Assembly: GCA_963676415.1 (NCBI GenBank)
Contig: OY781097.1
Coordinates: forward strand, 4,732,555 to 4,796,554
Length of the DNA stretch: 64,000 nucleotides
Reading direction: 5' to 3'
Source: Bacteroidales bacterium
GTDB taxonomy: Bacteria > Bacteroidota > Bacteroidia > Bacteroidales > WRLA01
Position 1 is the stretch's first letter. Every line of letters starts with the position of its first letter. The notes below the pieces were generated by a model, which saw nothing but the letters and a program-made list of their open reading frames with translations, was not told where the DNA came from and made no database searches. The translations under genes were made by a program, and so were the position numbers. Of the stretch, positions 28,369 through 40,537 are shown in pieces.

Positions 28369-31300
28369 TTATAGTTTTCGCTTGATTTCGTATTCTTCAT
28401 AACCCTCGATAATATCACCAACTTTGATATCATTGAAATTCTCGATGTTCATACCGCAATCCTGACCGGCAATAACTTCTTTCACATCATCTTTAAAGCG
28501 ACGCAGTGAACCAAGCAATCCGGTATAAACAACAATACCGTCACGGATAACACGAACTTTGGAAGTGCGTTGTACTTTACCGTCAATAGCAAAGCAGCCG
28601 GCAATTGTACCCACTTTGGATATTTTAAATATCTCTCGTACTTCGAGGTTACCGATAATTTTTTCTTCAATTTTTGGTGCGAGCAGACCCTCAATAGCCG
28701 ATTTAAGCTCTTCGAGTGCCTGATAAATAATTGAGTACAGTCGTATATCGATTTGTTCTGCTTCAGCCAGCCTGCGTGCCTGAACAGAAGGCCTTACCTG
28801 GAATCCGATAATAACCGCATTGGATGCTGAAGCCAGCAACACATCCGATTCAACAATCTGTCCAACAGCCTGATGTACAACATTAACCTGCACTTCATCG
28901 GTTGATAATTTCAGGATTGCATCTGTAAGTGCTTCAACAGAACCCTGAACATCACCTTTCACAATAACATTCAATTCTTGGAAATCGCCAATGGCAATAC
29001 GGCGGCCAATTTCGTCGAGTGTAATATGTTTTTGCGTACGCAGACCCTGTTCGCGCTGCAACTGAAGACGCTTTGTAGCAATATTTTTTGCTTCGCGTTC
29101 CTCTTTCATCACATTAAAAGCATCACCTGCCCCCGGCGCACCATTCAGTCCCAGCATTAAAACAGGCGTTGATGGCCCAGCTTCTTTTATCTGTTCGTTA
29201 AACTGATTGTACATGGCCTTCACTTTTCCAAAATACGATCCTGCCAAAACAGTATCTCCAATATGCATGGTTCCACTCTGGACCAGCATTTTAGAAACAT
29301 AGCCACGTCCCTTATCGAGTGATGACTCAATAATGGCCCCTTTTGCCAGTCGGTTTGGGTTTGCTTTAAGGTCGAGCATCTCAGATTCGAGCAGTACTTT
29401 TTCAAGCAGTTCATCAATATTGATACCGGCTTTTGCAGAAATTTCCTGACTTTGATATTTACCACCCCAATCTTCAACAAGGTAGTTCATATTTGCCAGT
29501 TGTTCTTTAATCCGCTCAACATTAGCTGTGGGTTTATCAATTTTATTGATAGCAAAAACAATTGGCACACCCGCAGCCGAAGCATGGTTAATAGCCTCTT
29601 TTGTTTGGGGCATCACGCTATCGTCAGCAGCAATCACAATAATTGCCACATCGGTCACCTGGGCACCACGCGCACGCATTGCGGTAAAAGCTTCGTGACC
29701 CGGTGTATCAAGGAAAGTGATTTTTCTTCCATCATCCAGGGTTACTTCATAGGCACCAATGTGCTGTGTAATACCTCCGGCCTCACCGGCAACTACGTTT
29801 GCATTACGGATATAATCGAGTAATTTGGTTTTACCATGATCCACATGCCCCATAACAGTAACGATAGGCGCACGGGATTCCAATTTACTTTCGTCCTCCT
29901 CTTCTTCAATGCCGTCAATGGCTTCAAGAACCTCCACACTAACAAACTCAACTGTATAGCCAAATTCTTCTGCTACAACAGTAATTGTTTCAGCATCAAG
30001 CCTTTGATTAATAGAAACGAAAAGTCCAAGTGACATGCAGGCGCTAATAATATTATTCACCTGTACATCCATCATTGTAGCAAGTTCATTTGCTGTAACA
30101 AATTCAGTTACCTTCAGTACTTTCTTTTCTTCTTCCTGACGGATCATTTCCTCATGACGTACCTGACTGGCCTGTTCACGTTTTGCACGGCGGTGCTTTG
30201 ATCCTTTTGATTTGGATGAGGAAGTAAGTTTTGTTAAAGTTTCACGCACCTTTTGCTGGATTTCTTCAGCAGTTGGTTCCACTTTAGGCTGCTCCTTTTT
30301 CCTTCCACGTGCTGGTTTGTTGCGCTGATTTCGGCGGTCCTGATTACGTTGTTGTCCACCACCTTGTTGTTGGCCGCCCTGCTGTTGACCACCCTGTTGC
30401 TGGTTTTGATTTACAGGGCCGTTTGGACGGATACGTTTCCGCTTTTTCTTACGGTTTTTATTCATCTCACCTGAAGAAGAAGCTACAGGTTTTTTCTTTT
30501 CCGGTTTCTTTTTCTCAGGCAATACTATTTTATCCAAAATCTTTGGCCCAGTAAGTTTCTTAACCTCAGTAGGGATAAAGTTCTCGTCTATTTCTTCTTT
30601 CTTTTCTACTGCTTTTGGTTCCTCTTTGGGCTTTACAGCTTCTTTCTTATCAGGTCCTTGGGTTGCCGGCTTTTTCGTATTTTCGGCGGGCTTTTGCGGT
30701 TTGTGCTGGCTTTTATTCTTCTCCTGTTCCAGACGGCGCTCTTTTCTGCTTTTCTTGGCAGGTTTTGTTTTTTGATTAATTGATGATAGATCAATTGTAC
30801 CAAGAACCTTTGGGCCGCTTTCTTCGGCTACTTCTGCCTGTTGCACTACTTTGCTTTCTTTGGCAGGTTCCTCTTCAACAGGAACTTTTTTCTCTGACTT
30901 TGGTTTCTGCGCTTTCGTTTCCGTCTTCTTCTTTTCAGGAGATTCTTCTACAGCTGCTTTCTTTTCAGTCTTTTCGGCCTTCGGCTCAACAATCAGGTCT
31001 TCTTTTACTGCAGTCACTTCCTTTTCTTCTTTTGCCACTTCTTTTTTCTTTGTTGGCTGCTCTTTAGGCACCTCTTTTGTAGAAGTTTCGGGCTTCTGCT
31101 GTTCAGCAACATCCACTTTTGTTGTTGGTTTCTCTGATTCCTTTTTCTGCTCCTCAGGGCGGCTATCGGGTTTCGGCTCCGTAATAGGATTATCCTTAGA
31201 CTCGTTTGGAGCAGGGGAAGCCATGGTGGTCTTTTTGATCATCAGATCTTCTGAGACCGGAGCATCTGTAGCCTTTTCCTGATTTTTATGGTGAACTGTA

Positions 31301-31560
31301 TCATCGGCAGGCTTAACATCTTCTTTTTCAGCATTTTTACTTTTCAATGCTGCAAGTTCAATGCTTTCGGCCTTTTCTTTGACTTTCCTATCAGACTCGT
31401 ATTCATTAGCCAGCATTCCATATTGTTCGGGACTCAGTTTCGCATTCAAACCGCCATCAATATCATGACCTTTTTTTGCCAAAAAAGCTATGATTGTTTG
31501 CGCACTGATATTGAACTCTCTTGCTGCTTTACCTATTCTTATCGGTCTTCCTTCTGACAT
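28369..31560 (-). CDS. infB: Translation initiation factor IF-2
   Basis: Long K/E/Q-rich N-terminal region, then the GTPase core ([17 protein letters not shown]) and C-terminal IF-2 domains. Confidence 0.95.
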   Translation of the reverse strand: MSEGRPIRIGKAAREFNISAQTIIAFLAKKGHDIDGGLNAKLSPEQYGMLANEYESDRKVKEKAESIELAALKSKNAEKEDVKPADDTVHHKNQEKATDAPVSEDLMIKKTTMASPAPNESKDNPITEPKPDSRPEEQKKESEKPTTKVDVAEQQKPETSTKEVPKEQPTKKKEVAKEEKEVTAVKEDLIVEPKAEKTEKKAAVEESPEKKKTETKAQKPKSEKKVPVEEEPAKESKVVQQAEVAEESGPKVLGTIDLSSINQKTKPAKKSRKERRLEQEKNKSQHKPQKPAENTKKPATQGPDKKEAVKPKEEPKAVEKKEEIDENFIPTEVKKLTGPKILDKIVLPEKKKPEKKKPVASSSGEMNKNRKKKRKRIRPNGPVNQNQQQGGQQQGGQQQGGGQQRNQDRRNQRNKPARGRKKEQPKVEPTAEEIQQKVRETLTKLTSSSKSKGSKHRRAKREQASQVRHEEMIRQEEEKKVLKVTEFVTANELATMMDVQVNNIISACMSLGLFVSINQRLDAETITVVAEEFGYTVEFVSVEVLEAIDGIEEEEDESKLESRAPIVTVMGHVDHGKTKLLDYIRNANVVAGEAGGITQHIGAYEVTLDDGRKITFLDTPGHEAFTAMRARGAQVTDVAIIVIAADDSVMPQTKEAINHASAAGVPIVFAINKIDKPTANVERIKEQLANMNYLVEDWGGKYQSQEISAKAGINIDELLEKVLLESEMLDLKANPNRLAKGAIIESSLDKGRGYVSKMLVQSGTMHIGDTVLAGSYFGKVKAMYNQFNEQIKEAGPSTPVLMLGLNGAPGAGDAFNVMKEEREAKNIATKRLQLQREQGLRTQKHITLDEIGRRIAIGDFQELNVIVKGDVQGSVEALTDAILKLSTDEVQVNVVHQAVGQIVESDVLLASASNAVIIGFQVRPSVQARRLAEAEQIDIRLYSIIYQALEELKSAIEGLLAPKIEEKIIGNLEVREIFKISKVGTIAGCFAIDGKVQRTSKVRVIRDGIVVYTGLLGSLRRFKDDVKEVIAGQDCGMNIENFNDIKVGDIIEGYEEYEIKRKL

Positions 31561-31727
31561 ATTTAACTCTTAGTGACTGCTTGTATTAACCAGCCGATTT
31601 TTCTGCACGGCCAAACATTAATTTCAGGCAAAATTATAATAATAAATCTATATTTCTAAAAATCTGAAGTATGAAATACCCTTAGGCCTGTTGTAATATG
31701 ATATTTCATAAGATACTGATTCTGATA

Positions 31728-32963
31728 TTAATCAAATTCAGCTTGCAGAATTTTCACTACTTCCCGCACTGTTTCTTCTTCAAGATCAGTACGTTTTACC
31801 AAATCCGAAACAGGTAATGCAAGTATGCTTTTGGCCGTATCGCAGCCGATAGCTTTGAACTCATCAATGATCCACTGATCGATTTCATCACTAAATTCTT
31901 GTATATCAACATCTTCATTATCATTATCCGCATCACGGTACACGTCAATTTCATAACCTGTCAATTTACCGGCAAGCTTGATATTGTAACCGCCTTTACC
32001 AATTGCAAGCGACACCTGATCGGGTTTCATATACACATCGGCACGGCTGTTTTCGTCATCGATTGTGATTGTAGAAATTTTTGCCGGGCTGAGCGCACGC
32101 TGAATGTACAGGCTCGGATTGGCTGTAAAATTAATCACGTCGATATTCTCATTTTTCAATTCACGGACAATTCCATGGATACGCGAACCTTTCATCCCCA
32201 CGCATGCACCTACCGGGTCGATACGGTCATCGTAGGATTCCACAGAAATTTTGGCACGCTCACCAGGAACACGAACAATTTTTTTAATGGTAATCAATCC
32301 ATCAAAAACTTCAGGCACTTCCTGCTCAAACAATCGTTCCAGGAATATTGGTGATGTGCGCGATAACACAATAATCGGATTTTGGTTGCGCAATTCGACA
32401 CGTGCAACCACCGCGCGGATCGTATCTCCTTTACGGTAATAATCGGAAGGAATCTGCTCGGGCTTTGGCAGCGTGAGCTCAATGCCTTCATCATCAATAA
32501 CCAGGATTTCCCTTTTCCAAACCTGATATACTTCACCGGTTATGATTTCACCAACACGTTCTTCATACTTTTTGAAGATATTGGCTTTTTCATACTCCAT
32601 AATTTTGGACTTCAGGTTTTGGCTGATGGATAAAATTTCACGCCTGCCAAAATCCTTCAATTCAAATTTCTCGGAAACTTCTTCACCCACTTCAAAGTCG
32701 GGTTCAATTTTAATGGCATCAGAAAGGGCAATCTGAAGGTTATCATCCTCAAGTTCGTCGTCGTCAACAATTTCCCGGTAACGGATAATTTCCAGGTCAC
32801 CTTTATCGATATTCACAATGACATCAAAATTTTCGTCGGTACCAAACCTTTTTTCGAGCATATGGCGAAAAACCTCCTCGAGGATCTTCATCATTGTTTC
32901 CCGGTCAATATTTTTGAACTCCTTAAATTCTGCAAAAATCGGAGCCAAATCTCTTGTATCCAT
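31728..32963 (-). CDS. nusA: Transcription termination/antitermination factor NusA
   Basis: NusA N-terminal, S1 and tandem KH regions (ACVGMKGSRI, LAIGKGGYNIKLA). It sits between rimP and infB. Confidence 0.95.
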   Translation of the reverse strand: MDTRDLAPIFAEFKEFKNIDRETMMKILEEVFRHMLEKRFGTDENFDVIVNIDKGDLEIIRYREIVDDDELEDDNLQIALSDAIKIEPDFEVGEEVSEKFELKDFGRREILSISQNLKSKIMEYEKANIFKKYEERVGEIITGEVYQVWKREILVIDDEGIELTLPKPEQIPSDYYRKGDTIRAVVARVELRNQNPIIVLSRTSPIFLERLFEQEVPEVFDGLITIKKIVRVPGERAKISVESYDDRIDPVGACVGMKGSRIHGIVRELKNENIDVINFTANPSLYIQRALSPAKISTITIDDENSRADVYMKPDQVSLAIGKGGYNIKLAGKLTGYEIDVYRDADNDNEDVDIQEFSDEIDQWIIDEFKAIGCDTAKSILALPVSDLVKRTDLEEETVREVVKILQAEFD

Positions 32964-32987
32964 GGCTATTGCATTATATTAAAAACA

Positions 32988-33458
32988 TTATTTAAAGCTA
33001 ATCACGCATTTTGCTGTTTTAATTTCTTCAAAAGCCAAAACCTGCGCTTGTTTTTCTTCATCGCTCATTTTTTTCAGCTTGGTTTTTGAAGATGGCAGTT
33101 CGGGTTGCAGCCTGATGTTGTCATCATTTACTGCCAGCAATTCCCCTTTAAATTTCCGACCGTCTTCCATTTCTACTTTTACTGCACGGCCAATATATTT
33201 TCGGTATTGCCTGAGAGTAAGAAGCGGCTGGTCAATGCCATATGTTGTAACATTGAGTTCATAATCCTCTACATCACGGTCGAATTTCCCCTCAACACAG
33301 CGGCTGATCCGAACACAATCGTCAATGGTAAGCCCTTCATCGCTGTCGAGTACAACAAAAATTTTATTGGAAGCACTTACACGGACATCAACCAGATAGT
33401 GCGCACTGCCTTCCAGTTCGTCCGTTACAAGCTTCTCTATGGTATCTTTATGTATCAT
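32988..33458 (-). CDS. rimP: Ribosome maturation factor RimP
   Basis: 156 aa, conserved position upstream of nusA, RimP-like sequence. Confidence 0.85.
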   Translation of the reverse strand: MIHKDTIEKLVTDELEGSAHYLVDVRVSASNKIFVVLDSDEGLTIDDCVRISRCVEGKFDRDVEDYELNVTTYGIDQPLLTLRQYRKYIGRAVKVEMEDGRKFKGELLAVNDDNIRLQPELPSSKTKLKKMSDEEKQAQVLAFEEIKTAKCVISFK

Positions 33459-33641
33459 TCGTAATCAATAAAGAAGGGGACTCTGTCCCCTCCGCCAATA
33501 TCCTTCATACAAAGAAATCCGGTTCTCACCGGATTTCAGGCTGCAAATATAGAAATAATACTAATCTAAGGCAAATAATTTTGAAGAAAACTCCAAAAAA
33601 CCAAAAAGATACTATAAAAAGAAGCTTTCTTCAGGCAAAAA

Positions 33642-36143
33642 CTAATCCTGTTCCGCTTTTTTCTCTTCTTCCAGTACTTTCTCAATATTCAGTGCATCGG
33701 CAACAGGCTTACTCATTAAAGCATAATCAAGTACATCAATCATATTGCGTACATAATGAAACTCAAGCCCTTTTATGTAGTCTTCCCTGATATCAAGTAT
33801 ATCTTTCTGATTATCAATAGAAATAACGATATCTGATACTTTTACCCGCTTTGCTGCCAAAATTTTTTCTTTAATTCCGCCTACAGGCAAAACCCTACCC
33901 CGCAAGGTAATTTCTCCTGTCATAGCGTATTTGGGATTCACTTTGCGCTGTGTAAACACGGAAGCGAGTGCCGTAAACATAGTAATTCCTGCCGAAGGGC
34001 CATCTTTTGGGGTAGCCCCTTCCGGCACATGGATATGCACATTCCAGTAACGGAAAACCTTAGGGTTGACCCCAACAGCTTCTGCATTGCTTTTCAGGTA
34101 TTCATACGCCAAAGTAGCAGATTCTTTCATCACATCTCCCAAATTTCCTGTAATGCTCAGGCGGCCATTGCCTCTGCTCAAACTGGCCTCAACATAAAGG
34201 ATTTCACCTCCAACCTGAGTCCATGCCAAACCCGTAACCACTCCGGGGCGGTCATAGGCAACAGAGCTGTCACGCTGAAAACGTGGCACACCCAGTATAT
34301 CCTGAAGGCTCTTGGCCGAAACTTTTTGTTCATAATCCTCCCCCTCAGCAATAAAACGCGCATTGTACCGGATAATTTTTGCAATGGCCTTATCCAGCGA
34401 GCGTACACCACTTTCGCGTGTATAGTCTTCAATCACCTTGGAAAGCGTTGCTTTTGGGATACTCAACTGCTTTTTGTCCACACCGTGATATTCCAATTGA
34501 CGCGGAATGAGGTGGCGACGTGCAATTTCGAGTTTTTCTTCCATCAGGTAACCACTAATGTCGATAATTTCCATGCGGTCGCGCAAAGCGGGATGAATGG
34601 TTGAAAGCGTATTGGCTGTGGCCACAAACATGATACGCGACAGGTCGTACTCAATTTCAAGAAAATTATCGTAAAAAGTATTGTTTTGTTCCGGATCAAG
34701 CACTTCGAGCAAAGCAGATGCCGGATCGCCATTAATATTGGAACCGATAATTTTATCTACTTCATCGAGCACAAAGACCGGATTGGATGTTTTGACTTTT
34801 TTCAGGTTTTGGATAATCCTGCCCGGCATGGCACCGATATAGGTTTTACGGTGTCCACGAATTTCCGCTTCATCGCGCAAACCGCCCAGTGACATGCGTA
34901 CATATTTCCGGCCGATGCTGCGCGCCAGGGATTTTCCCAAACTGGTTTTACCCACACCCGGAGGTCCCACCAAACACAGGATTGGCGAGCGCATATCGCC
35001 CTTAAGCTTTAAAACAGCAAGATATTCCAGTATGCGTTCTTTCACTTTTTCAAGCCCGTAGTGATCTTCATCCAGCACTTTACGGGCATGTTTCAGATCC
35101 AGATTATCTTTGGAACATTCGTTCCAGGGCAAACTGACCAATGTATCAAGATAATTAAGCTGGATAGAATATTCGGCGGCAATGGGGTTCATTCGCTGCA
35201 GCTTTTTAAGCTCCCGTTCAAAAACTTCCTGCACCGGTTTTCCCCATTTCTTTTTGGCAGCTTTTTCTTCGAACTCATGAACTGCCTGCTCATGCGGATT
35301 ATCGCCCAGCTCTTCCTGAATAGTTTTCATTTGCTGATGGAGCATATAATCGCGTTGCTGCTTGTCCATCTCCACTTTTACCTTGCTCTGTATTTTATTC
35401 TGCAGCTCAAGCATCTGCATCTCCTGCACCAAAAGCGAAAGCACTTCCCTGCCCCGTTCCAGCATATCGGTCATTTCCAGTAATTTTTGCTTCACGGGAA
35501 CTTCAGATTTCAGATTAGAGGAAATAAAATTAATCAGGAAATGAGGGCTATCGATATTTTTAATTGCAAATTCCGCCTCGGATGGCATATTTGGCGATTT
35601 TTTTATGATCTGTATTGATGTATCCTTCAGGCTGCTAATCAATACATCCGTATCAATATCAGTCATATACAATTCTGTAGAATCTACAGGACTAATATTG
35701 GACATCATGTATGGTTCATTGGAAACCAAATAGTTCATGCGGAAATTGCGTTTCCCTTGCAGGATTACGGTTGTGTTTCCATCCGGCATTTGAAGCGTAC
35801 GCAGGATTTGCGCCATAGTGCCCACTTTGTAGAGGTCCTCAAAATTTGGCTCTTCTTCCGAAGAATCCAATTGTGTAACCACACCAATACGCCGGTTTCC
35901 GTTGTAATAATCACGGATCAGACGGATAGATTTGTCGCGGCCAACAGTTATCGGCAGTACAACACCGGGAAATAAAACAGTATTGCGCAGGGGAAGTATC
36001 GGCAATTCTTCCGGGACTTCTTCATTGCGCATATTTTTTTCGTCATCCGAGGACATCAAGGGAATAAAATCCGTGTCCCCATCTGCAATATTTGTCATCT
36101 TAATTATCAAATTTTCAGATTTATTTTGAAGAAAATCAGCCAT
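33642..36143 (-). CDS. lon: ATP-dependent Lon protease
   Basis: Walker A GPPGVGKTS, and protease Ser/Lys region PKDGPSAG ... GGIKEK. Confidence 0.95.
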   Translation of the reverse strand: MADFLQNKSENLIIKMTNIADGDTDFIPLMSSDDEKNMRNEEVPEELPILPLRNTVLFPGVVLPITVGRDKSIRLIRDYYNGNRRIGVVTQLDSSEEEPNFEDLYKVGTMAQILRTLQMPDGNTTVILQGKRNFRMNYLVSNEPYMMSNISPVDSTELYMTDIDTDVLISSLKDTSIQIIKKSPNMPSEAEFAIKNIDSPHFLINFISSNLKSEVPVKQKLLEMTDMLERGREVLSLLVQEMQMLELQNKIQSKVKVEMDKQQRDYMLHQQMKTIQEELGDNPHEQAVHEFEEKAAKKKWGKPVQEVFERELKKLQRMNPIAAEYSIQLNYLDTLVSLPWNECSKDNLDLKHARKVLDEDHYGLEKVKERILEYLAVLKLKGDMRSPILCLVGPPGVGKTSLGKSLARSIGRKYVRMSLGGLRDEAEIRGHRKTYIGAMPGRIIQNLKKVKTSNPVFVLDEVDKIIGSNINGDPASALLEVLDPEQNNTFYDNFLEIEYDLSRIMFVATANTLSTIHPALRDRMEIIDISGYLMEEKLEIARRHLIPRQLEYHGVDKKQLSIPKATLSKVIEDYTRESGVRSLDKAIAKIIRYNARFIAEGEDYEQKVSAKSLQDILGVPRFQRDSSVAYDRPGVVTGLAWTQVGGEILYVEASLSRGNGRLSITGNLGDVMKESATLAYEYLKSNAEAVGVNPKVFRYWNVHIHVPEGATPKDGPSAGITMFTALASVFTQRKVNPKYAMTGEITLRGRVLPVGGIKEKILAAKRVKVSDIVISIDNQKDILDIREDYIKGLEFHYVRNMIDVLDYALMSKPVADALNIEKVLEEEKKAEQD

Positions 36144-36324
36144 TCTGTCAGTTTAATTTAGAGCCAAAAACGAATCGGGCTTTTAAAGCCTCTTAAATCA
36201 GTATTTTACAATACATTAGAGAAAGCCGACTAATACAGGTAAAATTAATTTTCAAAAGCTGTGCCACAAAAAAACAGACCTGCTTTCAGAAACAGATCTG
36301 TTCTTCATCTTCAGAAAAACCTAA

Positions 36325-37509
36325 TTAAATCCTGCTATTGTGGTATGTGAGGTGATAAACTTCTTTTAAAATTGCTTTTTCAACCTCATCAAATTCTTTA
36401 TTTCGTCTTTTATAAACGATTTCCGCCACATCAATGGCACGCTTGATATCATAGCCCTGATAGCCGGCAGTACTTCCCCAGATAAAGCTGGATACATAAT
36501 TCCGGTGGTATCCGGCTCCATAAAGGTTTGAGCTTATACCCACAACCGTTCCGGTATTGAACATAGTATCAATGCCGCTCTTGCTGTGATCGCCCATAAT
36601 CAAACCGAGAAACTGGAGGCCGGTATCTACGAAACGTTCTTTGGTATAGCACCAGGCTTTCACGTTTTTGTAATTATTGTTCAGGTTGGATGTATTGGTA
36701 CCTGCTGCAAGGTTGCACCATTCGGCAATAACCGAGCTTCCGAGGTAGCCTCCATGGGGTTTATTGGCATAACTGAACAATATTGAGTTTTCGATTTCAC
36801 CGCCTACTTTACAATACGGACCAATGGTTGTACCGCCATAAATGACCGTTTGCATTTTCACGGTGGCGTTTTCACCCAATGCAACTGGCCCGCGCAGCAA
36901 TGAGCCTTCCATCACAGTAGCATTTTTGCCAATATAAACAGCGCCGGTTTTACTGTTCAGGCTGGCATGGCCTATATCAGCCCCTTCCTCAATAAAAATC
37001 CGGTCGCCGATTGCCATAACACCTTCCGGGATGGCAGCCGATTTACGCCCCTTAGTAATTAAATCGAAATCATCTTCAATAGCACGGGCATTTTGGGCCA
37101 CAATCTCCCATGCATAGCTGATGCGCATAATTTCTGATTGTGTACCGACCTCTTTGATGCCGCCCGTATCGCCTTCACCGATTTTGTCCAGATCTTTGGC
37201 ATCAACCTGAAGTGCGATAATCACATCATCACTGACCAATGCTTCACCCGCTTTTAGGTTTTTAATTTCTTCAACCAAGGTCGGGTTGGGCAATACAGAA
37301 CCATTTATAAGAATATTATGCTCGCCTTTGACTATAGGATATTTAACATTCAGATATTCTTCTGTAAGTGTGGATGTTTTTTCATCCAGATACTTCTCCC
37401 ATTTTTCACGGATTGTCAGTATGCCGACACGCATATCCGCGACCGGGCGCATAAATGTCAATGGCAAAAGTTGGTTTCTTGCATAATCATCAAATAATAT
37501 GTAGTTCAT
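36325..37509 (-). CDS. GlmU-like sugar nucleotidyltransferase / left-handed beta-helix protein
   Basis: The N-terminal MNYILFDD...LPLTF...P is typical of the alternative GlmU-like family, and the C-terminal half has hexapeptide-repeat character. Start placed at MNYILFDD rather than the upstream alternative start. Confidence 0.6.
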   Translation of the reverse strand: MNYILFDDYARNQLLPLTFMRPVADMRVGILTIREKWEKYLDEKTSTLTEEYLNVKYPIVKGEHNILINGSVLPNPTLVEEIKNLKAGEALVSDDVIIALQVDAKDLDKIGEGDTGGIKEVGTQSEIMRISYAWEIVAQNARAIEDDFDLITKGRKSAAIPEGVMAIGDRIFIEEGADIGHASLNSKTGAVYIGKNATVMEGSLLRGPVALGENATVKMQTVIYGGTTIGPYCKVGGEIENSILFSYANKPHGGYLGSSVIAEWCNLAAGTNTSNLNNNYKNVKAWCYTKERFVDTGLQFLGLIMGDHSKSGIDTMFNTGTVVGISSNLYGAGYHRNYVSSFIWGSTAGYQGYDIKRAIDVAEIVYKRRNKEFDEVEKAILKEVYHLTYHNSRI

Positions 37510-37949
37510 GCCTGTAGTTTTTGGTTCAACAATTAGGTTTCGCATGCTAAAAAAGCCCTTATACACTGCATAAGAGCTTTTTTAGTGAGATTGTTCAAAT
37601 ATAGGAAAGATTCTCTGTTCCGACAAATAAGAGCCAAAGTTTTTCATTAAATCTTCATAAACAATTTTAGAGGTCAGTAGACAAATACATAGTTTATGAA
37701 CACCCGTTTATGAATAAATTTTCCTCTACCGAAGCTTCGGTATCTTCGAAATGACTTTTTAATCAGTTGTTTAGGCAAAGGCAGCGCATTTCGGCTTAAT
37801 CCAAATAATTCGCTTAATATGAGATTATTGCAAATTGCAATCATTTATAACAACAGGTCATCTTGATATACGCTTACCTACTTACCCCTAAACATTTTCC
37901 TACACCAAAAAAATCACGAAGAAAAAGGGGCTTCGCTTATCCACAAACA

Positions 37950-37976
37950 AAAAAACTCCCATTGAAAAACGGGAGT
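37950..37976 (-). terminator. Terminator downstream of rpmE2
   Basis: CTCCC...GGGAG stem with a T-run on the minus strand, ~25 nt after the stop. Confidence 0.55.
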
Positions 37977-38001
37977 CAGAAAAATATTTTTGACTAAAAA
38001 T

Positions 38002-38268
38002 CTATTGATTCTTTTTGTCGAAATGCTTTTTGTAGCGGTTCTTGAACTTATCAACACGTCCGGCGCTATCCACAAGTTTGATTTTACCAGTATAAAACGG
38101 GTGAGATGTATGGGAAATCTCCAGCTTTACCAAAGGATATTCGTTACCATCCTCCCACTCGATTGTTTCTTTTGTGTTTACGGTTGAACGTGTTACAAAG
38201 CTATAACCGTTCGACATATCTTTAAAAACAACTTTTCTGTACTCCTTCGGATGTATGTCCTTTTTCAT
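38002..38268 (-). CDS. rpmE2: 50S ribosomal protein L31, type B
   Basis: [10 protein letters not shown]...SHPFYTG without the CxxC zinc motif, which marks type B. Confidence 0.9.
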   Translation of the reverse strand: MKKDIHPKEYRKVVFKDMSNGYSFVTRSTVNTKETIEWEDGNEYPLVKLEISHTSHPFYTGKIKLVDSAGRVDKFKNRYKKHFDKKNQ

Positions 38269-38375
38269 TATAATATTGTCTTAAAAAATTTAGGACTGCA
38301 AAAGTACTTAATTTCCTTGAATGCGCAAACCTAATCTTATTTTTTTTGAAAATTCTTTTTAACCTTTAGTCCTTA

Positions 38376-39470
38376 TTATAAGCCCATCAAAAATCCCATC
38401 GTATCCACCCCATCGGCATAATCCTCAATATTAGGATTTTGCGCATCACCGAAATGAACAGCGCCGGCCAAAAAAGCATGATTGGCAACAATACACTGAA
38501 TTTGATCTGCCTGCAATGCAAGTTGATTTTTGAGCTGATCCAAATCCTGATAAACCTCATAGTGCAAAACTGAAACCGGACTGTTGATGGCCGTATTTTC
38601 CTGCACCAAAAGGAATCCGTTATCAAAATGCGTTTCCTTGTTTACCAAAAAAATGGATTTACGGTAATCGTAATTGTTCTTGTATTTATGATGATTAATA
38701 ATCTCCGCAAAAGGCTCTAAATGAGGGAACAAATCCATTAAAAAATTCTGGTCGGGAATATATATTTTTGAGACCGAACGGCATCCCAAACCGAAAAAAC
38801 TGAAAATGTCGCTGCCCAGGGAATGCAGTTGTTCCGGACTTTCATCACCTTTGAGCACAGCAATGGCATTACGGTTTTTTCGAATGATGTGCGGATATTT
38901 CCCGAAATAATAGTCAAAATAGCGCGCGCTGTTGTTGCTGCCCGTAGCGATGTAAGCTCCGGCGTTTTTGAGCGTGGCGTCCGTAAAGCTGATTTCTTCC
39001 TTCAGACCAGGCAGGACGGCACAGAGCATATCGGACAAAGCCGGGATTAATTCATCGTCGGAAGACGACAATTTTCCCCGAAAACGGTGTCCGCTCATCA
39101 AAACGCACATAAAATCGTGAAAGCCCACGGCAGGAAGGTTGCCCGCCATAATCACGCCGACTTCTTTCGGATTTGCGCTCACTTCCGGATAATTTCCGCG
39201 CCATGCCGCTATTTTTCTTTTATCGGAAAGCATAAAAACCAAAGCGTCCAAAGCCTGACGCACAGATTTTTCCGTAAACCAGGCATTATGGTAATAACTT
39301 TCTGTAATTAAATCTTTTAGCTTCTCAGCAGATGCCTGAAAAGCAAAATCCAGGCTTTCAGTTTCATCAAGCAAAACAGCCCGGATATGCTGACCCAGCT
39401 GATAAAACGCATCAATTCTTTCTTCGGTTCCCGGCTTCATATTCTTTTTTGTAATTTTATGCCGCTTCAT
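38376..39470 (-). CDS. Acyl-CoA reductase (LuxC-like) family protein
   Basis: Length and N-terminal EERIDAFYQLG pattern resemble the Bacteroidetes LuxC-like family. The start could instead be the ATG at 39440. Confidence 0.5.
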   Translation of the reverse strand: MKRHKITKKNMKPGTEERIDAFYQLGQHIRAVLLDETESLDFAFQASAEKLKDLITESYYHNAWFTEKSVRQALDALVFMLSDKRKIAAWRGNYPEVSANPKEVGVIMAGNLPAVGFHDFMCVLMSGHRFRGKLSSSDDELIPALSDMLCAVLPGLKEEISFTDATLKNAGAYIATGSNNSARYFDYYFGKYPHIIRKNRNAIAVLKGDESPEQLHSLGSDIFSFFGLGCRSVSKIYIPDQNFLMDLFPHLEPFAEIINHHKYKNNYDYRKSIFLVNKETHFDNGFLLVQENTAINSPVSVLHYEVYQDLDQLKNQLALQADQIQCIVANHAFLAGAVHFGDAQNPNIEDYADGVDTMGFLMGL

Positions 39471-39535
39471 TCAAAGCAGACGAAAAAATAAATTGCAAAT
39501 TTAGTACGTTTCATAAAACAAACGGGATAACAGCA

Positions 39536-40531
39536 ATGCCTTTAAATATGACGCATAATTATATCAATAAACGAAAAACAAAATATTCCATTCTAAAGAT
39601 ACTGATTTTCAGCTTACTGACACTTATCTCACCGATGCTGTTGCCGGCGCAAAACAGTTTATCTGATGAAAGACTAAGCACTTTGAAAAAAGAAGGGCAA
39701 ATAATTATTGGCAGTCAGGATGCAGGCGAACGCGCAGCAGCCAATCAAAAATTCAAAGCAGAACTTCAAAACCTGCTTAAAGATGCAAAAAGTTACGGGC
39801 TGACTTTCGACAGTATTAGCAATTTGTCCGTTTTATCTCCGCCCGACAATAGTTTCCGTATTTTCAACTGGATGCTTCCCGAAAAGTGGGGCGAAATGGA
39901 ATTTTTAGGCATCATTCAAATTGCGCCGAAAAATGGCAGCGACAAATGCCACATCATTGAACTTCACGACAAATCGCAGGAAATTGATGAAGCAGAATTC
40001 AAACAGCTCAATAATTCGAATTGGTTTGGTGCATTATACTATGCGATGATCCCACATGAAACTGACGAAGGAATCAATTACACCCTTCTGGGCTGGAACG
40101 GCAACAACAACACATCGAATAAAAAAGTGATTGAAATCATGCAATTTGATGATAAAGGAAATGTTGTTTTCGGGAAAAACTGCTTTCGGGACCAACCTAT
40201 GATCATGCGCCGGATTTTTGAATATCATGAACAAACCAGTATGTCGTTGAAATATGAAGAGCAAAGCTATTTTGAAAGCGACAAAGACCGCATGAAAGGC
40301 AAATCGAAGAGTGAACAAATGATTGTTTTCACCCGTTTGTATCCCTTGTCGCCACAACTCAAAGGCCAGTACGAATATTATTATCCATCGGCCAATGTGG
40401 TGGATGGATATGTTTTTCGAGACGGACAATGGACATTATACGAACATATTGACGCGCGCAATGCCGCATCGCCCGGCGACATGAAAAAACTGGATGAAAG
40501 TAAAATGGATCTTTTTCAACAACCTAAATAA
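39536..40531 (+). CDS. Hypothetical secreted protein
   Basis: Signal-peptide-like hydrophobic stretch ILKILIFSLLTLISPMLLPAQ; no recognised domain. Confidence 0.55.
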   Translation: MPLNMTHNYINKRKTKYSILKILIFSLLTLISPMLLPAQNSLSDERLSTLKKEGQIIIGSQDAGERAAANQKFKAELQNLLKDAKSYGLTFDSISNLSVLSPPDNSFRIFNWMLPEKWGEMEFLGIIQIAPKNGSDKCHIIELHDKSQEIDEAEFKQLNNSNWFGALYYAMIPHETDEGINYTLLGWNGNNNTSNKKVIEIMQFDDKGNVVFGKNCFRDQPMIMRRIFEYHEQTSMSLKYEEQSYFESDKDRMKGKSKSEQMIVFTRLYPLSPQLKGQYEYYYPSANVVDGYVFRDGQWTLYEHIDARNAASPGDMKKLDESKMDLFQQPK

Positions 40532-40537
40532 AACTAA

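Noticed and set aside
30253-31557. Several plus-strand ORFs (73-143 aa) with Leu/Ser/Phe-rich translations.
   Set aside because: They are antisense to the K/E-rich low-complexity N-terminal region of IF-2, the typical mirror-frame artefact.
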